A stretch of 64,000 nucleotides of DNA, from contig CAVVYZ010000005.1 in assembly GCA_963752595.1 (NCBI GenBank), positions 160,001 to 224,000 on the forward strand. The letters are read 5' to 3'. The translations under genes were made by a program, and so were the position numbers. This document shows, piece after piece, positions 1 to 15,988 of the stretch. Below the pieces are notes generated by a model, which saw only the letters and a list, made by a program, of their open reading frames with translations, was not told the DNA's origin and did not search any database. Every line of letters begins with the position of its first letter. The first letter of the stretch is position 1. Source of the stretch: an uncultured delta proteobacterium. GTDB taxonomy: Bacteria > Desulfobacterota > Desulfomonilia > UBA1062.

Positions 1-27
1 ATACACCTTTACCTCTGTAATTTCCAT
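1..27 (-). CDS. spoVG: Septation regulator SpoVG, N-terminal fragment (runs off the left edge)
   Basis: Reverse strand reads ATG GAA ATT ACA GAG GTA AAG GTG TAT = MEITEVKVY, a typical SpoVG N-terminus, with a G-rich RBS just after the ispE stop. Only 9 codons visible. Confidence 0.6.
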
Positions 28-39
28 AGCTTACCCCCG

Positions 40-873
40 TCAAATTGTTGTGGGTATATATCGATACCCCTCATGACGCCTAATTTGGCTCATACCATTG
101 CAAACATGTTCTTCATCCTTAAAAACGCCAAAGACTGATGAACCACTACCAGACATTAAAACCCCCAATGCCCCGGCATCAAGCAGCTCCGCCTTGATAC
201 ACTTGATCTCAGGACAAATGCCGAAAGCAGGGATCTCTAGATCATTTTCCAGCAACTGCTCCGGCGCATTTCCTTTTTCCACAGTTATATCACTCATTGT
301 AAACGGTTTATGCCCAAGAGTCAATGGGCACTTGAGATGAGAATACACAAGGGCTGTTGAAATCTCAAGAGGCGGTACCACGATGAGATAAAATCTTTTT
401 TCAAGGGAAACCTTCCCCAAGGGGATTTCCCCTCGGCCTCCCATGAGGAACGGTTCCTTCAGGATGAAGAACGGGCAGTCCGACCCTATTTTTACGGCCA
501 GCTCCATGAGATCTTTGACAGAAAGACCGGATTGGAAGAGGTCATTCATGGCCATGAGAACAGCCGCGGCATCACTGCTGCCCCCTCCCAGACCAGCCCC
601 AACGGGTATCCGCTTGTCAATCCGGATGGAAACGCCCCCGTGGATGCCCGTCTCTTTCAGAAACAGCGCGGCGGCTCGAAAGGCAAGGTTTTTTTCATCA
701 GCGCAGTTGCTTCCCGGTGCCGAGACCTTGATCCCGTTCTCTAAAGGATCCAGAACGATCTCGTCAAAGAGAGAGACCGGCGCCATGATAGTGAGCAGCT
801 CATGATACCCGTCAGGCCTCTTACCGAGGACTTTGAGGTAGATATTGATCTTTGCAGAGGCCAGTATCTTCAC
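40..873 (-). CDS. ispE: 4-(cytidine 5'-diphospho)-2-C-methyl-D-erythritol kinase
   Basis: AKIN..L.V.GKRPDGYHEL start, GHMP motif IPVGAGLGGGSSDAA, C-terminal MSGSGS. Confidence 0.97.
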   Translation of the reverse strand: MKILASAKINIYLKVLGKRPDGYHELLTIMAPVSLFDEIVLDPLENGIKVSAPGSNCADEKNLAFRAAALFLKETGIHGGVSIRIDKRIPVGAGLGGGSSDAAAVLMAMNDLFQSGLSVKDLMELAVKIGSDCPFFILKEPFLMGGRGEIPLGKVSLEKRFYLIVVPPLEISTALVYSHLKCPLTLGHKPFTMSDITVEKGNAPEQLLENDLEIPAFGICPEIKCIKAELLDAGALGVLMSGSGSSVFGVFKDEEHVCNGMSQIRRHEGYRYIPTTI

Positions 874-2367
874 TTCATATCAACGGCAATGTATAACGGC
901 CGGGAACTCCGTATCACGAGCATGAGCACCGTCTGACCTTTTTTCAGTCCTTGCATGGCGGCAAGATATTCCTTGGTGTTCATCACCTTGACTCCCCGTA
1001 CCTCTGTAATGACGTCCATTTTCTGGATCTTGCTTCCTGCTGCAATCCCGTTGGGGTCGATATCGACCACGATGACCCCGGAGTCTTCTTGGAGATTCAG
1101 CTGCCTCTGGATTTCCGGTGTGATATTCTGGAGCATCAAACCGAGCCTGTCCTTGGTCTTGCCCGTGGAATCCTCCGGGGGAGTCTTCCTCATGCTCGAT
1201 ATATGCTCGTCGCTGCGCTTTCTCGAGCCTGGTGTTAATGGTGACCTTCCCGGAATCCCTCCAGATTGTCATGCTGACCTTTTCTTCGGGCTTCAGGCTG
1301 CCGATCGTACGCGTCAGCGCCCGAGGATCCTGGATATCCTGATTATTGATCCTGAGAATGACATCACCTTTTTTCAGGCCTGCCCTGTCTGCCGGATCAC
1401 CGGGATAAACGTCGGTAATCAATGCCCCTCCGGATTTATCCAGCCCTAAGGCCCTGGCAATTTCCGGTGTGACCTCCTGGATCGCCACGCCCAGCCAGCC
1501 TCGTGAAACCTCACCCTTATCCTTCAATTCCTGAAGGATCTGCTTGGCCATGTTGATGGGAATGGCAAAGCCCATGCCCTGCCCCGATGAGATGATGGCG
1601 GTATTTATCCCGATTACCTCTCCGTCCATATTGATGAGCGGCCCGCCTGAATTGCCGGGATTGATTGCTGCATCCGTCTGGATAAAGCTGTCATAGGGCC
1701 CTGCACCGATTACCCGCGTCTTGGCAGAGACGATCCCCTGCGTGAGGGTATTTCCGAATCCGAACGGGTTGCCTATGGCGATAACCCAATCCCCTATCTC
1801 CAGGGAGTCGGAATCCCCCAGGACGGCAACAGGGAAGTCATCCCTCCTTGTCTCGATCTTTATGAGGGCAAGATCGGTATTATCGTCCTTTCCTACGACC
1901 TTGGCCTTGTACTCCTCATCTCCATCGGAAAGGGATACATAGACCTCATCCGCTTCCGCAATGACGTGGTTGTTCGTGAGGACATACCCGTCACGGGAAA
2001 TGATAAACCCTGACCCGAGGCTCCTTTGCTTGATATCCTGGTCAGGATTCTGTTCGAAAAACTTCCGGAAGAAATCATCGAACCATTCATTCTGCCCGCC
2101 GGGAGTTTCAAACTTTTTGTACAGATCATCGGAATTGAACTTCCTGGTAGTCCGGATATTGACCACTGTCGGGGTTGCCGTTTTTGCCAGAGTGCGCAAG
2201 GACGGCATGAGCACATGGGAGCTGCTCTCCTGTTTTCCCTCCCGCCAGAAGGGAAGCGCCTTGCCTTCCTGGGGAAGATTGAAGGATGTCGCAACGAACA
2301 TCCCTATGAGGGACGAGCATACGGCTACCAGAACCAAGATGCCTATCGACGGTATGCGTTTCTCCAT
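870..2367 (-). CDS. DegQ/Do (HtrA) family serine protease with two PDZ domains; one apparent frameshift near 1200
   Basis: LGSGFII, TNNHV (His), DLAL (Asp), QTDAAINPGNSGGPL (Ser); PDZ1 RGWLGV; PDZ2 continues in ORF 870..1193 (LGLMLQNIT..GVIVVDID). Confidence 0.92.
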
Positions 2368-2370
2368 AAT

Positions 2371-2754
2371 TCATCCCTTCTGTGCTTCGATATAGGCTAT
2401 GCGCAATTCATAGAGGATATTATCCAAAAGGGTTTCTTCTTCCCTGCTCAGGTTTCCCTTGGTCTTTTCCTTGAGCAAAGAGATGATGCCGATATTCTGC
2501 AACCCGACGGCCTGGTTCCTGACAATCTGGCCGGTAGCCGGATCAGGCACATGGCCCAGGCTTATCATCGCGGCGCTTGCAAAGCTCATGATGAGGGTTG
2601 AAAAATCGATTTCATGCATCTCTTCTCCGGGAAATGACTGACGGTCTTCCTTCAGGCCCGGTTGGTGATTCTCTTCCGTTCCCGCAGCAGGCTTGGCATC
2701 GTCCGTCCTGCCCCGTTTATCGGTAAAGGTATACCGTTTTTTCTCATCTTCCAT
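2371..2754 (-). CDS. DUF1844 family protein
   Basis: DKR N-terminal motif; IDFSTLIMS..AMISLG..PDPATG..LKEKTKGNL..LYELRIAY pattern. Confidence 0.8.
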   Translation of the reverse strand: MEDEKKRYTFTDKRGRTDDAKPAAGTEENHQPGLKEDRQSFPGEEMHEIDFSTLIMSFASAAMISLGHVPDPATGQIVRNQAVGLQNIGIISLLKEKTKGNLSREEETLLDNILYELRIAYIEAQKG

Positions 2755-2831
2755 ATCGCCTCCTAAACCCTCATATCTTTATGCTTCTTCCACCCGGGAG
2801 AACCTAAGGGACCGCATTCCGGTACCATGCT

Positions 2832-3965
2832 CTACCTGATGCCGTGGAGAGGGAATATCTTTTCTTTGATATAGGCAACCTTTCCATTCAGATACGATTG
2901 GACATCACGCCGTATCTTTTCTGCGAGATGGTACGTGGGGTCACGGAGCTCTTCGGAGCCCTGGCCTTGAGGCAGCATAACGCCGCTGACGAGACCCTGG
3001 TAAGGGTCGTACGGCTTGAGATCGTTGAGCACCGCCCAGGCCAGCGTCCATCCCCTGACCACATCGGGTACGCTGTACCCTCCTCCCCCAAGCGCCAGCA
3101 CCTTAGGGCAGCTCTTTCTTATTTCCTCGATCACCTCGACATACCCGTTATTGGTCAGCCGCAAGTTGGTCAGCGGATCCCGTTTGAGGGTATCGAGGCC
3201 GATTTGCGCAACAATGCAGTCGGGCCTGAATGCCTGTGCAAGAGGGGTATATATGGACTTGAAGACCTGTACATAGGATTCATCATCGGTATACTCCGGC
3301 AGAGGCACGTTTACGTTATAGCCGAGCCCTTTGCCTGCCCCTGTCTCGTCCTCGAATCCTCCCCAGGGATACAAGGTCTCACCGTTCTGGTGAAAAGAAA
3401 TGGTCAGAACCTCATCGGTATCGTAGAATGCATCCTGCACGCCATTGCCGTGATGGGCATCGATATCGATATAGAGGATCTTCTTGCAGCTTGACTTGAG
3501 GAGCCTCTTGATGGCGATTACGATATCATTGATATAACAGAAACCCTCGGCATGATCATACCCAGCATGGTGGAGCCCTCCCATCGGACTGAAAACCACA
3601 TCGGCCTTCCCTGAAGAAATGAGCTCTGCACCGAGCAGGGATGCCCCCAAGACCAGCAGGGAGAAGTCATACACGCCCTTGAAAACCGGGTTGTCTCCTG
3701 TCCCGAGCCCGTATTCGAGCATGGTGAAATCAAAAGAACCCGAATTCGAATCTTTCAGAACCTCCATATATTCCTTCGAGTGATATTCAAGCGCTGCCTC
3801 CTCAGGGGCGGGCGCAGGCTCTTCAATGCTGATCCAGGGTTCGTCGAAAAGGCCGTACCGGTAGCACAGCTCATAAACCATGGTGGCCTTGTAAGGTTTG
3901 AAGGGATGGTACTCTCCAAGGCTGTACGTATCGAATTTCGAGGTATAAATGAATGCAGAATTCAC
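2832..3965 (-). CDS. Histone deacetylase family / acetoin utilization protein AcuC-like
   Basis: HPFKP, GGLHHA, GFCYIND, YIDIDAHHGNG, GGGGY motifs; GTG start at 3965 after an AAGGAG RBS (ORF track extends to 4052). Confidence 0.9.
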   Translation of the reverse strand: MNSAFIYTSKFDTYSLGEYHPFKPYKATMVYELCYRYGLFDEPWISIEEPAPAPEEAALEYHSKEYMEVLKDSNSGSFDFTMLEYGLGTGDNPVFKGVYDFSLLVLGASLLGAELISSGKADVVFSPMGGLHHAGYDHAEGFCYINDIVIAIKRLLKSSCKKILYIDIDAHHGNGVQDAFYDTDEVLTISFHQNGETLYPWGGFEDETGAGKGLGYNVNVPLPEYTDDESYVQVFKSIYTPLAQAFRPDCIVAQIGLDTLKRDPLTNLRLTNNGYVEVIEEIRKSCPKVLALGGGGYSVPDVVRGWTLAWAVLNDLKPYDPYQGLVSGVMLPQGQGSEELRDPTYHLAEKIRRDVQSYLNGKVAYIKEKIFPLHGIR

Positions 3966-4290
3966 TCTCTTAAGCTCCTTAACCGCCCCTCCTCCCTTCA
4001 CGGCATAAAAGGGATGCTCTCCATTTGCCTTTCCCAAGAGGGAAAGCATCATGGTATATTATATATATTTTCTGCTTTGCTTTTTAAGCACACCCTTCAA
4101 TATCATAGAATCGCATAACTGCAAACAACTCCCTTCCCCCGGCACGCGAAGGCATGCCTGGTTCATGGTCATGTCCATACTGGTTTATCAGGGTCTTTCA
4201 TCTTAGATATCATTTGTAGACGGGATAAAGGGTGTATGATACACTTTATAAAAGGAGAGCAGATGGAAGACCGGCGAAAGGAGTCTCTCA

Positions 4291-4530
4291 ATGGCTGATG
4301 AATTTGATTTCCTTCAGGGGTTCATCGCCCGGGAGAATGGACAGGTTAAAGTCATGCGGACTATCCGCGACCTCGAGGATGTCCTTGAATGGCTTACGAA
4401 AATTCAGGATACGTTCAGGAATGAGAAAGGCTCCCAAAGAGACAGGGCCAAAGACGAACTCGACCACCTGATCCGCATCCTGATCTCCATGGCCTCGGCT
4501 GTCTATGCAAGAGAGCTGAAAAACATCTAA
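4291..4530 (+). CDS. Small helical hypothetical protein (79 aa)
   Basis: AAGGAG RBS before the ATG, protein-like amphipathic composition, same strand and 32 bp upstream of the RidA gene. Confidence 0.65.
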   Translation: MADEFDFLQGFIARENGQVKVMRTIRDLEDVLEWLTKIQDTFRNEKGSQRDRAKDELDHLIRILISMASAVYARELKNI

Positions 4531-4562
4531 GCGGATTCGGCAGGAAAAGAGAGAGCACAAAA

Positions 4563-4958
4563 ATGACCGGCAAGGCTATTTCAGAAGTATCTACCTCCAA
4601 GGCCCCTCGCGCCATCGGGCCTTACTCCCAGGCAGTCGTTGCAGGCGGATTTGTTTTCGTCTCCGGGCAGATCCCCCTCGATCCGGAAACTGCCGTCGTT
4701 GTTTCCGGAGGAATTCAGAAGCAGACAAGACAGGTCATGAAAAATATCGAGGCTATTCTCAAGAGCATGAATACAGGACTCGAGAGCATCGTCAAGACAG
4801 AGATCTACCTGAAGAGCATGGATGATTTTGCCTCCATGAACGAAGTCTATGCATCCTTCTTCACCGAAGGGGTCAAGCCTGCGCGCGCTACGGTTGAAGT
4901 TTCCAGGCTCCCCAGGGATGTCCTGGTGGAGATATCCTGTACCGCGTATCTGAAATAG
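4563..4958 (+). CDS. ridA: RidA/YjgF family reactive intermediate deaminase
   Basis: [35 protein letters not shown]. Confidence 0.93.
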   Translation: MTGKAISEVSTSKAPRAIGPYSQAVVAGGFVFVSGQIPLDPETAVVVSGGIQKQTRQVMKNIEAILKSMNTGLESIVKTEIYLKSMDDFASMNEVYASFFTEGVKPARATVEVSRLPRDVLVEISCTAYLK

Positions 4959-5018
4959 GGGCGCACCGATGGGGTCCACACCCTCTCAAAGGCCATTAAT
5001 TCCGATGCCTTAGACACT

Positions 5019-6383
5019 TTACCGGTAAAATTTCTTTTCTCCTTCCACGACATCGATAATCTCGTTGATGATCCCGGGGAGCTTCCGCATCACCCGTTCC
5101 CAGGAAACGGTCTTGGGGGTCTCGTAGATCTCGGTTCTCAAGCCCGGCGATGTCTTTTCGATCACGGAGAGCAGGCCTGCATCGATATAGGTTTTAAACT
5201 CTTCATATTCGTTTACGTAGGTGCTGAACCTGCGGGCCATGAAGGCAGGCGAAAGCAGAAGATCTCCGGCAAAGAGGATCACGTTTTTAAAGACATTATC
5301 CACCATTGCCTCCTCCTGGTTCGTATCGTACGAGAGACCGCAGTAGGCTGCATTGTCTGCATACATCTTGATAAGATCATCGGTTACGCTTAAGTAGGTC
5401 GTGGTGAGATCCCTGATGAAGTGTTCAGATATTTCGAGTCCCTCTTCCACCACGAGCGCTGCAAGCAAGGTACTTACGATATCGATACCCATCTTGTAGA
5501 GCCCCTTGGTGTGATCAGCCTCGGAAACCGTTTGGTGCTTATGGTCGAATGGTCCATGAGAAATCTCAACCTGTGCACAGGTCGTGGACTTGCGATAGAC
5601 CTCTATCAGGGTGAATATTTCCACTCCCCAATTTGTGGCGAACTGCATACGCTTGAGGAGCTGGCTGTCAAAGACCACTTCTCCCGAAAGCTGATAATTG
5701 AAGTTCAGGAGAAAATCGACCAGCCTTAAGACCCTGTCCTGCTGGGTATCGGTAAACTTCCGTTTCAGCGCGATCAGGAGGGGATCGAGCAGGAGCCTTT
5801 TGACCCTCCCGTAGAACTGCGTTTCCCTTATTCTTGCATAAAAGGCCTTACTGAACTGATACCCCAACACCTGGACCGGATAGAACAGCCTGTCAAGCTG
5901 GCTTCGCGTAAAGGTCCTGATATCCGCATCGATGGTCCCGATGCTCTGGGCTCCCATGGCAAGGGCAATGCCGAAGGACATGAACATATTCCTGCCTTTG
6001 CCGGGTTGGTCCAGCCGGAATCCTGCCTCAGACAATTTTTGGTAGATAGATGAAAACCCCGGCCCATCGTTATGCTGTACCAGGTAATTCTGAACGTTGT
6101 TATTGTTGAGAATAGCGGCAAGCTCTCTTGCATCATCCTCAGTCGCCCGGTCCAGGCCGAAAATTATCTGCGAAAGATAGTTCGCACCGGCCAGCTGTTT
6201 CGCGATATTTTCAAATACCGGCTTGTTCTCGGGAAGGGTAAACTCGGAGGCCAAAAGCGGGATGATGAGGATTGCCTTTCTCCACTTGGAGTAGTGAAGC
6301 AGTTCCAGTTCCATCTTGCTGCTGTCTTCATTGAGCAGGTACAGGGTAGAAGTACCCGTATGTTTTTGGGAAAAATTCGACAT
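5019..6383 (-). CDS. Glucosyl-3-phosphoglycerate synthase-like glycosyltransferase
   Basis: GLDRA, GKGRN, DADI (DxD), KAFYAR, GRVKRLL, LSGE, WGVEI..L.EV, DHKHQ motifs typical of GpgS/MpgS-type enzymes. Confidence 0.75.
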   Translation of the reverse strand: MSNFSQKHTGTSTLYLLNEDSSKMELELLHYSKWRKAILIIPLLASEFTLPENKPVFENIAKQLAGANYLSQIIFGLDRATEDDARELAAILNNNNVQNYLVQHNDGPGFSSIYQKLSEAGFRLDQPGKGRNMFMSFGIALAMGAQSIGTIDADIRTFTRSQLDRLFYPVQVLGYQFSKAFYARIRETQFYGRVKRLLLDPLLIALKRKFTDTQQDRVLRLVDFLLNFNYQLSGEVVFDSQLLKRMQFATNWGVEIFTLIEVYRKSTTCAQVEISHGPFDHKHQTVSEADHTKGLYKMGIDIVSTLLAALVVEEGLEISEHFIRDLTTTYLSVTDDLIKMYADNAAYCGLSYDTNQEEAMVDNVFKNVILFAGDLLLSPAFMARRFSTYVNEYEEFKTYIDAGLLSVIEKTSPGLRTEIYETPKTVSWERVMRKLPGIINEIIDVVEGEKKFYR

Positions 6384-6509
6384 GCCGACCCTCCCTGTCT
6401 ACACGAAAGTCTCTCACGCCCTTGGAAATACCACAGAAAGGATAGGAGCTGACGTTCATGTCCAGCCCGCCTGCTTCGACTGAAGGCAGGGCCGGTAAGG
6501 TAATCTTTG

Positions 6510-6998
6510 TTACCTTTCTCTACTCCAAAACTTCTGCACTGCAGCATCCAGAGAAAAACGGCTGCATTGAGAAAGGGAAAAGACCGTGCATGCCATGCCG
6601 AAGAGCACGATATCCCTGAGAACGTACCGCCAGGTTATGGGATTCCGGCCGGCAGCAGAGCTGAAGCAACCGCAATCGATATCCAGCCCCCGTATCATGC
6701 TGATCCCCAGAGCGCATACGAACACGAACAGAAGGCTCGAGATGATGAGCGCACCCCCGGGAAGGAACATTCCGATCAGCAGGCTCGTTCCGGCCACAAT
6801 CTCTATCCAGGGAAGGATGACGGCAATGGAATTAATCATCCAGCCGGGCAGAATGAGGTAGTTGCCGATGGCCTGTGCAAATCCGGCCGGGTCAATGGCC
6901 TTCTCCACCCCTGCATAGACGAACAGAACGCCCAGGATGATCCTGAAGCCCAAGGTAAGGATCTGCAGAGTATTATCCATGCGGGCACCTGCCATCAC
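6510..6998 (-). CDS. MauE/DoxX family membrane protein
   Basis: RIILG..F..AG..K..DP..F, LPWIE, GLDIDCGCF, RD..L; about four TM segments. Confidence 0.85.
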   Translation of the reverse strand: MMAGARMDNTLQILTLGFRIILGVLFVYAGVEKAIDPAGFAQAIGNYLILPGWMINSIAVILPWIEIVAGTSLLIGMFLPGGALIISSLLFVFVCALGISMIRGLDIDCGCFSSAAGRNPITWRYVLRDIVLFGMACTVFSLSQCSRFSLDAAVQKFWSRER

Positions 6999-7502
6999 TT
7001 CTCTCCTTCAATGGGAAATCCGGCCTCGTACCACCCTGCCCACCCGTCAGGAAGAACCTTGACATTCTTTATTCCATGCCCCGCCAGGGCATCTGCAAGC
7101 TCATTGCTTAAGGGGCAGCCCGGGCCGGAGCAGTAGATCACGAGATCCTTGCCGGAAAAATCCCTGGACATAAACCTGCCCCAGGTTTTTTCCCGCTGTA
7201 CCCGCCGGTATGTTGCATGCACCGGGAAGGTGCGCCGACAGATACTCGGAAGGCTCCCTCGCATCGATGAACCGGACCGATCCATTCCGGTATCCCGCCC
7301 ATGCGTCATCGAGAGAAATCGTCCCGATCTCTTCGGCGGCACTCCCAGATGGCCCGGGACCGACCCATGCAAGCCCGTCGGGACGATATGTATTTATAAT
7401 AACCGCTCCTGCCAGACCTACCAGTAGGAGGACGATCGCCTGCAGAAAAGCTGTGCTAAGCTTTGCAGGTAGTATATGATTTTTTCTTGCAGGGCTATTC
7501 AT
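6995..7502 (-). CDS. Membrane-anchored rhodanese-like domain protein (one apparent frameshift near 7180)
   Basis: N-terminal TM; FIDAR..EY..AHLPGA.NIP in ORF 7101..7502; VIYCSGPGC..GIKNVKVL.DGW.GW..AGFPIE in ORF 6995..7372. Confidence 0.8.
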
Positions 7503-7646
7503 TCCCTCATGTCCCCGGCACCCTTATGCACCATGTTTTTTAAGTGAACATAATCCTGTCATGGGGAGAATACTCGATTTCCATCCCATTTCTCAAGAGG
7601 CAGATACGAACAAAGGCTCCGGAAGGGGTACGCAAGGGAAGAAATA

Positions 7647-8415
7647 TTACGCGAGAATGCCGAAGTACCAGTTTATGACCAGGTCTCCCCAGAGCACATA
7701 GATGAGCGCACCCAGTGCAAGGAACGGCCCGAACGGTATGGCGGCCTGCATATTCTTCTTCTGGGCATAGGCCCAGGGGACGCCCACCAGGGTGCCGATC
7801 AGAGAGCCCATGAAGATAGTGAACAGTACTCCCTGCCACCCGGTAACTACCCCGATCATGCCGAGCAGCTTCACGTCACCGCCGCCCATGCCCTGCTTGC
7901 CCGTGAGAAAATAATACCCGTAGATTATGGAGATCAGCAGCCCTGCACCCACGCAAAGCCCGATCAGTGCATCCTTGTATCTAATGGGCAGCCACCAGAC
8001 AAGCACGAGCCCGACGACAATTCCGCCGATGGACAGGCTGTCCGGGATGATCTGGAAGTCGATATCGATGAAGGTGATGACGAGGAGGGCACAGGCCCAG
8101 AGATAGTAGATGATGAAAACTTCGGCGTGAGGCCGAACCGATAGAGCATGGCGACTGCAAGAAGAGCGCTCAGGAGCTCGACAACAGGATATCTCACAGA
8201 GATCTTCTCACGGCAGCCCCTGCACCTTCCCATCAGGAAGAGATAGCTCAAAACAGGGATGTTCTCCCACGGCTTGATTGCACGGCCGCAGCGGGACATC
8301 TGGAAGCTGGAAATACGATGGACTCGTTGCGGGGGATCCTGTAGATGCAGACATTCAGGAAGCTCCCGATGAAAAGGCCTATGAAAGCGGTGATGAACGG
8401 TGCATGAGGGATCAC
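7647..8415 (-). CDS. pilD: Type IV prepilin peptidase/methyltransferase (A24), frameshifted in this assembly
   Basis: GSFLNVCIYRIP..SRC..C, NIPVLSY..GRC..C..ISVRYP.VE, FIDID..IIPD, GMGGGDVKL, PFGPFL spread over several frames; GTG start overlaps the upstream stop. Confidence 0.9.
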
Positions 8416-8850
8416 CCGATGAGATCCCCTCTCCGGAAACGTAAGACTTCGCCGTACATCGCTGATGCAACCTCGTTCCATGTACCCCTTTCAGAGGATC
8501 GTCATCGGAAAGGAATGACTTCGCATTGAGAAGAGAAGTGCGCATGGCCTCACTGAGTTCATCCACCATGGGTGCAATGTCTTTGAGGGAAAGCTTCGGA
8601 TCGCTCAAGCTTTTCGAGTATGCATCCAGCATGTCGATGGCCTGCTCGCTCAAACTCAGGGCTTCAATCTTCTGGGGATTGGGGCTGATCTGATGGGCAG
8701 CGTCCTCGCGCTCGATCCCTCTTGAGCTGCGTATTCTCGATGCCCTTCAGGACTGTCATCAAACCGTTTCCGCTAATACCGTTCGTCGGCCTGACGCCGG
8801 ATGTCCTGCCCGTCACGGAACCGATTGACCATATTCGGATCAATCTTCAT
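8412..8850 (-). CDS. Hypothetical protein, frameshifted (MKIDPNMV...RFRRGDLIG*)
   Basis: GGAG RBS then ATG at 8850; middle part in ORF 7964..8653 (AIDMLDAYSKSL..SLKDIAPMV); stop overlaps the pilD start (GTGA). Confidence 0.6.
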
Positions 8851-9034
8851 GATAGTCTCCTCCTGCTCTGAAATCAAGCAAGGATGATGCCACTTCTGCC
8901 CAGGCTCATCGGCATCGGTTGCAATCCCATGAAGGGGAAATTTCTTCCCGGCCATGGAGGAAAAATACTCCTGCATGGACCTTCCGGCTCGATCCTCGGC
9001 AAATGGCTATCCACTGCACCGGTCTGCAGAAGGC

Positions 9035-9968
9035 TACTTCGGGAAATGAGCTTCTCGATAATCGCCGCGCGGGCCTTCAAGAGACTCGTCGGTATCAAGC
9101 TCCATGAGCTCCCTGACATATTGCCTGAGGACCTTGCGCAGCCTCTTTGACTACTGCTTTAGAGTCGTTATGGGCGCCTCCCGTGGGTTCTTTGACGAGA
9201 TAGTCCACGATCCCGTCGCCGATAGAGATCCTTGCCCGTCCCTTTGAGTGTATCGGCGGCCCGTTCCTTGTTGGAGGCGTCGCCATAGATGATTGAGGAG
9301 AAGCCTTCCGGGCTGATGGCACTATAAAAGGCGTTCTCGAGCATGATGATTCGGTCTCCGAAGCCGAGTGCCAGAGCCCCTCCCGAGCCTGCTTCGCCGA
9401 TGATGCACACGATCACCGGTGTCTTGAGGCCTGCTATGGCCTGGAGATGCACCTGGCAATGGAAAAGGCCTGTCCCTTGTACTCGGCCTCGGGCACGGGA
9501 TATGCCCCCGGGGTGTCCACAAAGGTGATCAGCGGCCTCCCAAATTTCTCCGCCAGTTCATGAGCCGTATCGCCTTGTAATGCCCGGACGGGCTCGCCAT
9601 GCCGTAGTGGTAACTTCCTGTAGTCTTTTTGCTTTACCGAGTGCTTCTTATGTCCGATGACCACGACGGGTATATCATCCAGAAATGCGATCCCGCCCAT
9701 GACGGCCGGGTCATCCTCATACGTCCGGTCGCCGTGGAGCTCAGATGAAATCGCTTGAAGATGCCGTTTAAATAATCGTCAATAACCGGACGTTCTCCAT
9801 GCCGGGCAAGCTCTACGCTGCTCCACCGGGAGATACCCGCATAGATCTCCTCCCGGAAACACTCCACCTTGCGGGCAAGATCCGATGAATCAACGCCCTC
9901 AAGCCGGGAAATGCTCTCCTGCAGCTCCTTCAAGGCATTGTCGACTTCGTCGAACTGATCTTTTTTCT

Positions 9969-9972
<4 letters not shown>
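9035..9972 (-). CDS. accA: Acetyl-CoA carboxylase carboxyltransferase alpha subunit, frameshifted; 3' end approximate
   Basis: VELARH.ERP, VIGH.K, FVDTPGAYP..AE..GQ, IIGEAGSGGALA, YSAISPEG, EP.GGAH; directly downstream of dnaE. Confidence 0.85.
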
Positions 9973-13416
<3,444 letters not shown>

Positions 13417-13422
13417 GGAACC

Positions 13423-14891
<1,469 letters not shown>

Positions 14892-14905
14892 ATCGTGTTT
14901 ACTCC

Positions 14906-15771
14906 TTATTGAATGCTGTATTCAAGCCGCAAGAACCCACGTCTAATATGCGTGGATCCTTTTCCGAAGGATACCGGGGTATAACTCTCCAGGAAGCGCC
15001 TGATTCCTGCCACACACCTTCTTTCGGCTCCCCCTTATGATCCGGGGCTCCCCCTCGATTCCTCCTCTTTTCCTGGCTTCCTCCACGGCTTTATCCAGGC
15101 CTCCGAGCTTGTCGATCAGACCGACCGACAGGGCCTGCCGGCCGGTGAAGACCCGCCCGTCCGCATATTCCTCCAGCTTTGTCCTCTGGATCTTCCTGCT
15201 CTTGGAGACCTCGTCCTTGAACTGTTCATGGACATCCCGGGCGAGCTCCTGGAAATACGTGCGTTCCTTATCCGTCATGTGTCGGAACGGCGAGCCTGCG
15301 GCTTTGAGCTCGCCGCCGGTGATGTTCTGGGAAGACACCCCCAGTTTCTTCATGCCTTCGGTCACATCGAAGAACTCCAGGATCACCCCGATACTGCCGG
15401 TGATCGTCCCTGGAAGGGCATAGATCGTATCGGCAGCGCATGCAATATAGTACGCACCGGACGCGCTCACCGAGCCCATGGAGGCGACGACGGGCTTCTT
15501 GCTTTTCAGCCTCAGGAACGCCTCATAGATCTCCTGTGACGGGCCCACTTTGCCGCCCGGGCTGTCGAGCCGTATGACGACGGCGTGCATGCGGTCGTCT
15601 TCCTCGAACTGTTTTATGATGTCCAGGTATTCCATGGAGTCGTCGATGGGACCCGTGATCTCGATGATGCCTACGGCAGGGGTCATGGCCGTCCCGAAGG
15701 GCTTTGATGCCCATGGGGAGTGCGATAAAAATGATAATAACGAAGAGAATGAACTTTGTCTTCCTTTTCAT
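14906..15771 (-). CDS. sppA: Signal peptide peptidase SppA (S49), frameshifted; 3' end approximate
   Basis: N-terminal TM, RLDSPGG, SASGAYYIA, TGSIGV, DGRVFTGRQA..GLID.LG. Confidence 0.9.
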
Positions 15772-15873
15772 GTCAGTTGATGATCTCGATTTGTCTCTTA
15801 GTGCCCCAATGATTATACGACACTATGAAGACACGCAAGTACAAAATCACCTGTCTCCTTCCGCCTTAATGGG

Positions 15874-15919
15874 AAAAGAAAAGCGCCCTGATCCTTTTTA
15901 GGATCGGGGCGCTGTTTTT
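15874..15919. terminator. Rho-independent terminator hairpin downstream of rpsA (possibly bidirectional)
   Basis: GCGCCCTGATCCT-TTTT-AGGATCGGGGCGC 13-bp stem with one mismatch, flanked by AAAAGAAAA on the left and TGTTTTT on the right. Confidence 0.75.
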
Positions 15920-15988
15920 ATCTGTATGTCCGGCCATCTCTCCTTCGCTCCCCAAAAAGGGCATGGGAGAAGACCGCATGCGGTCATA

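Noticed and set aside
15972-15985. Perfect 14-bp palindrome GACCGCATGCGGTC just after the rpsA stop
   Set aside because: Single occurrence, loop too short for a convincing terminator, and no repeat family seen.
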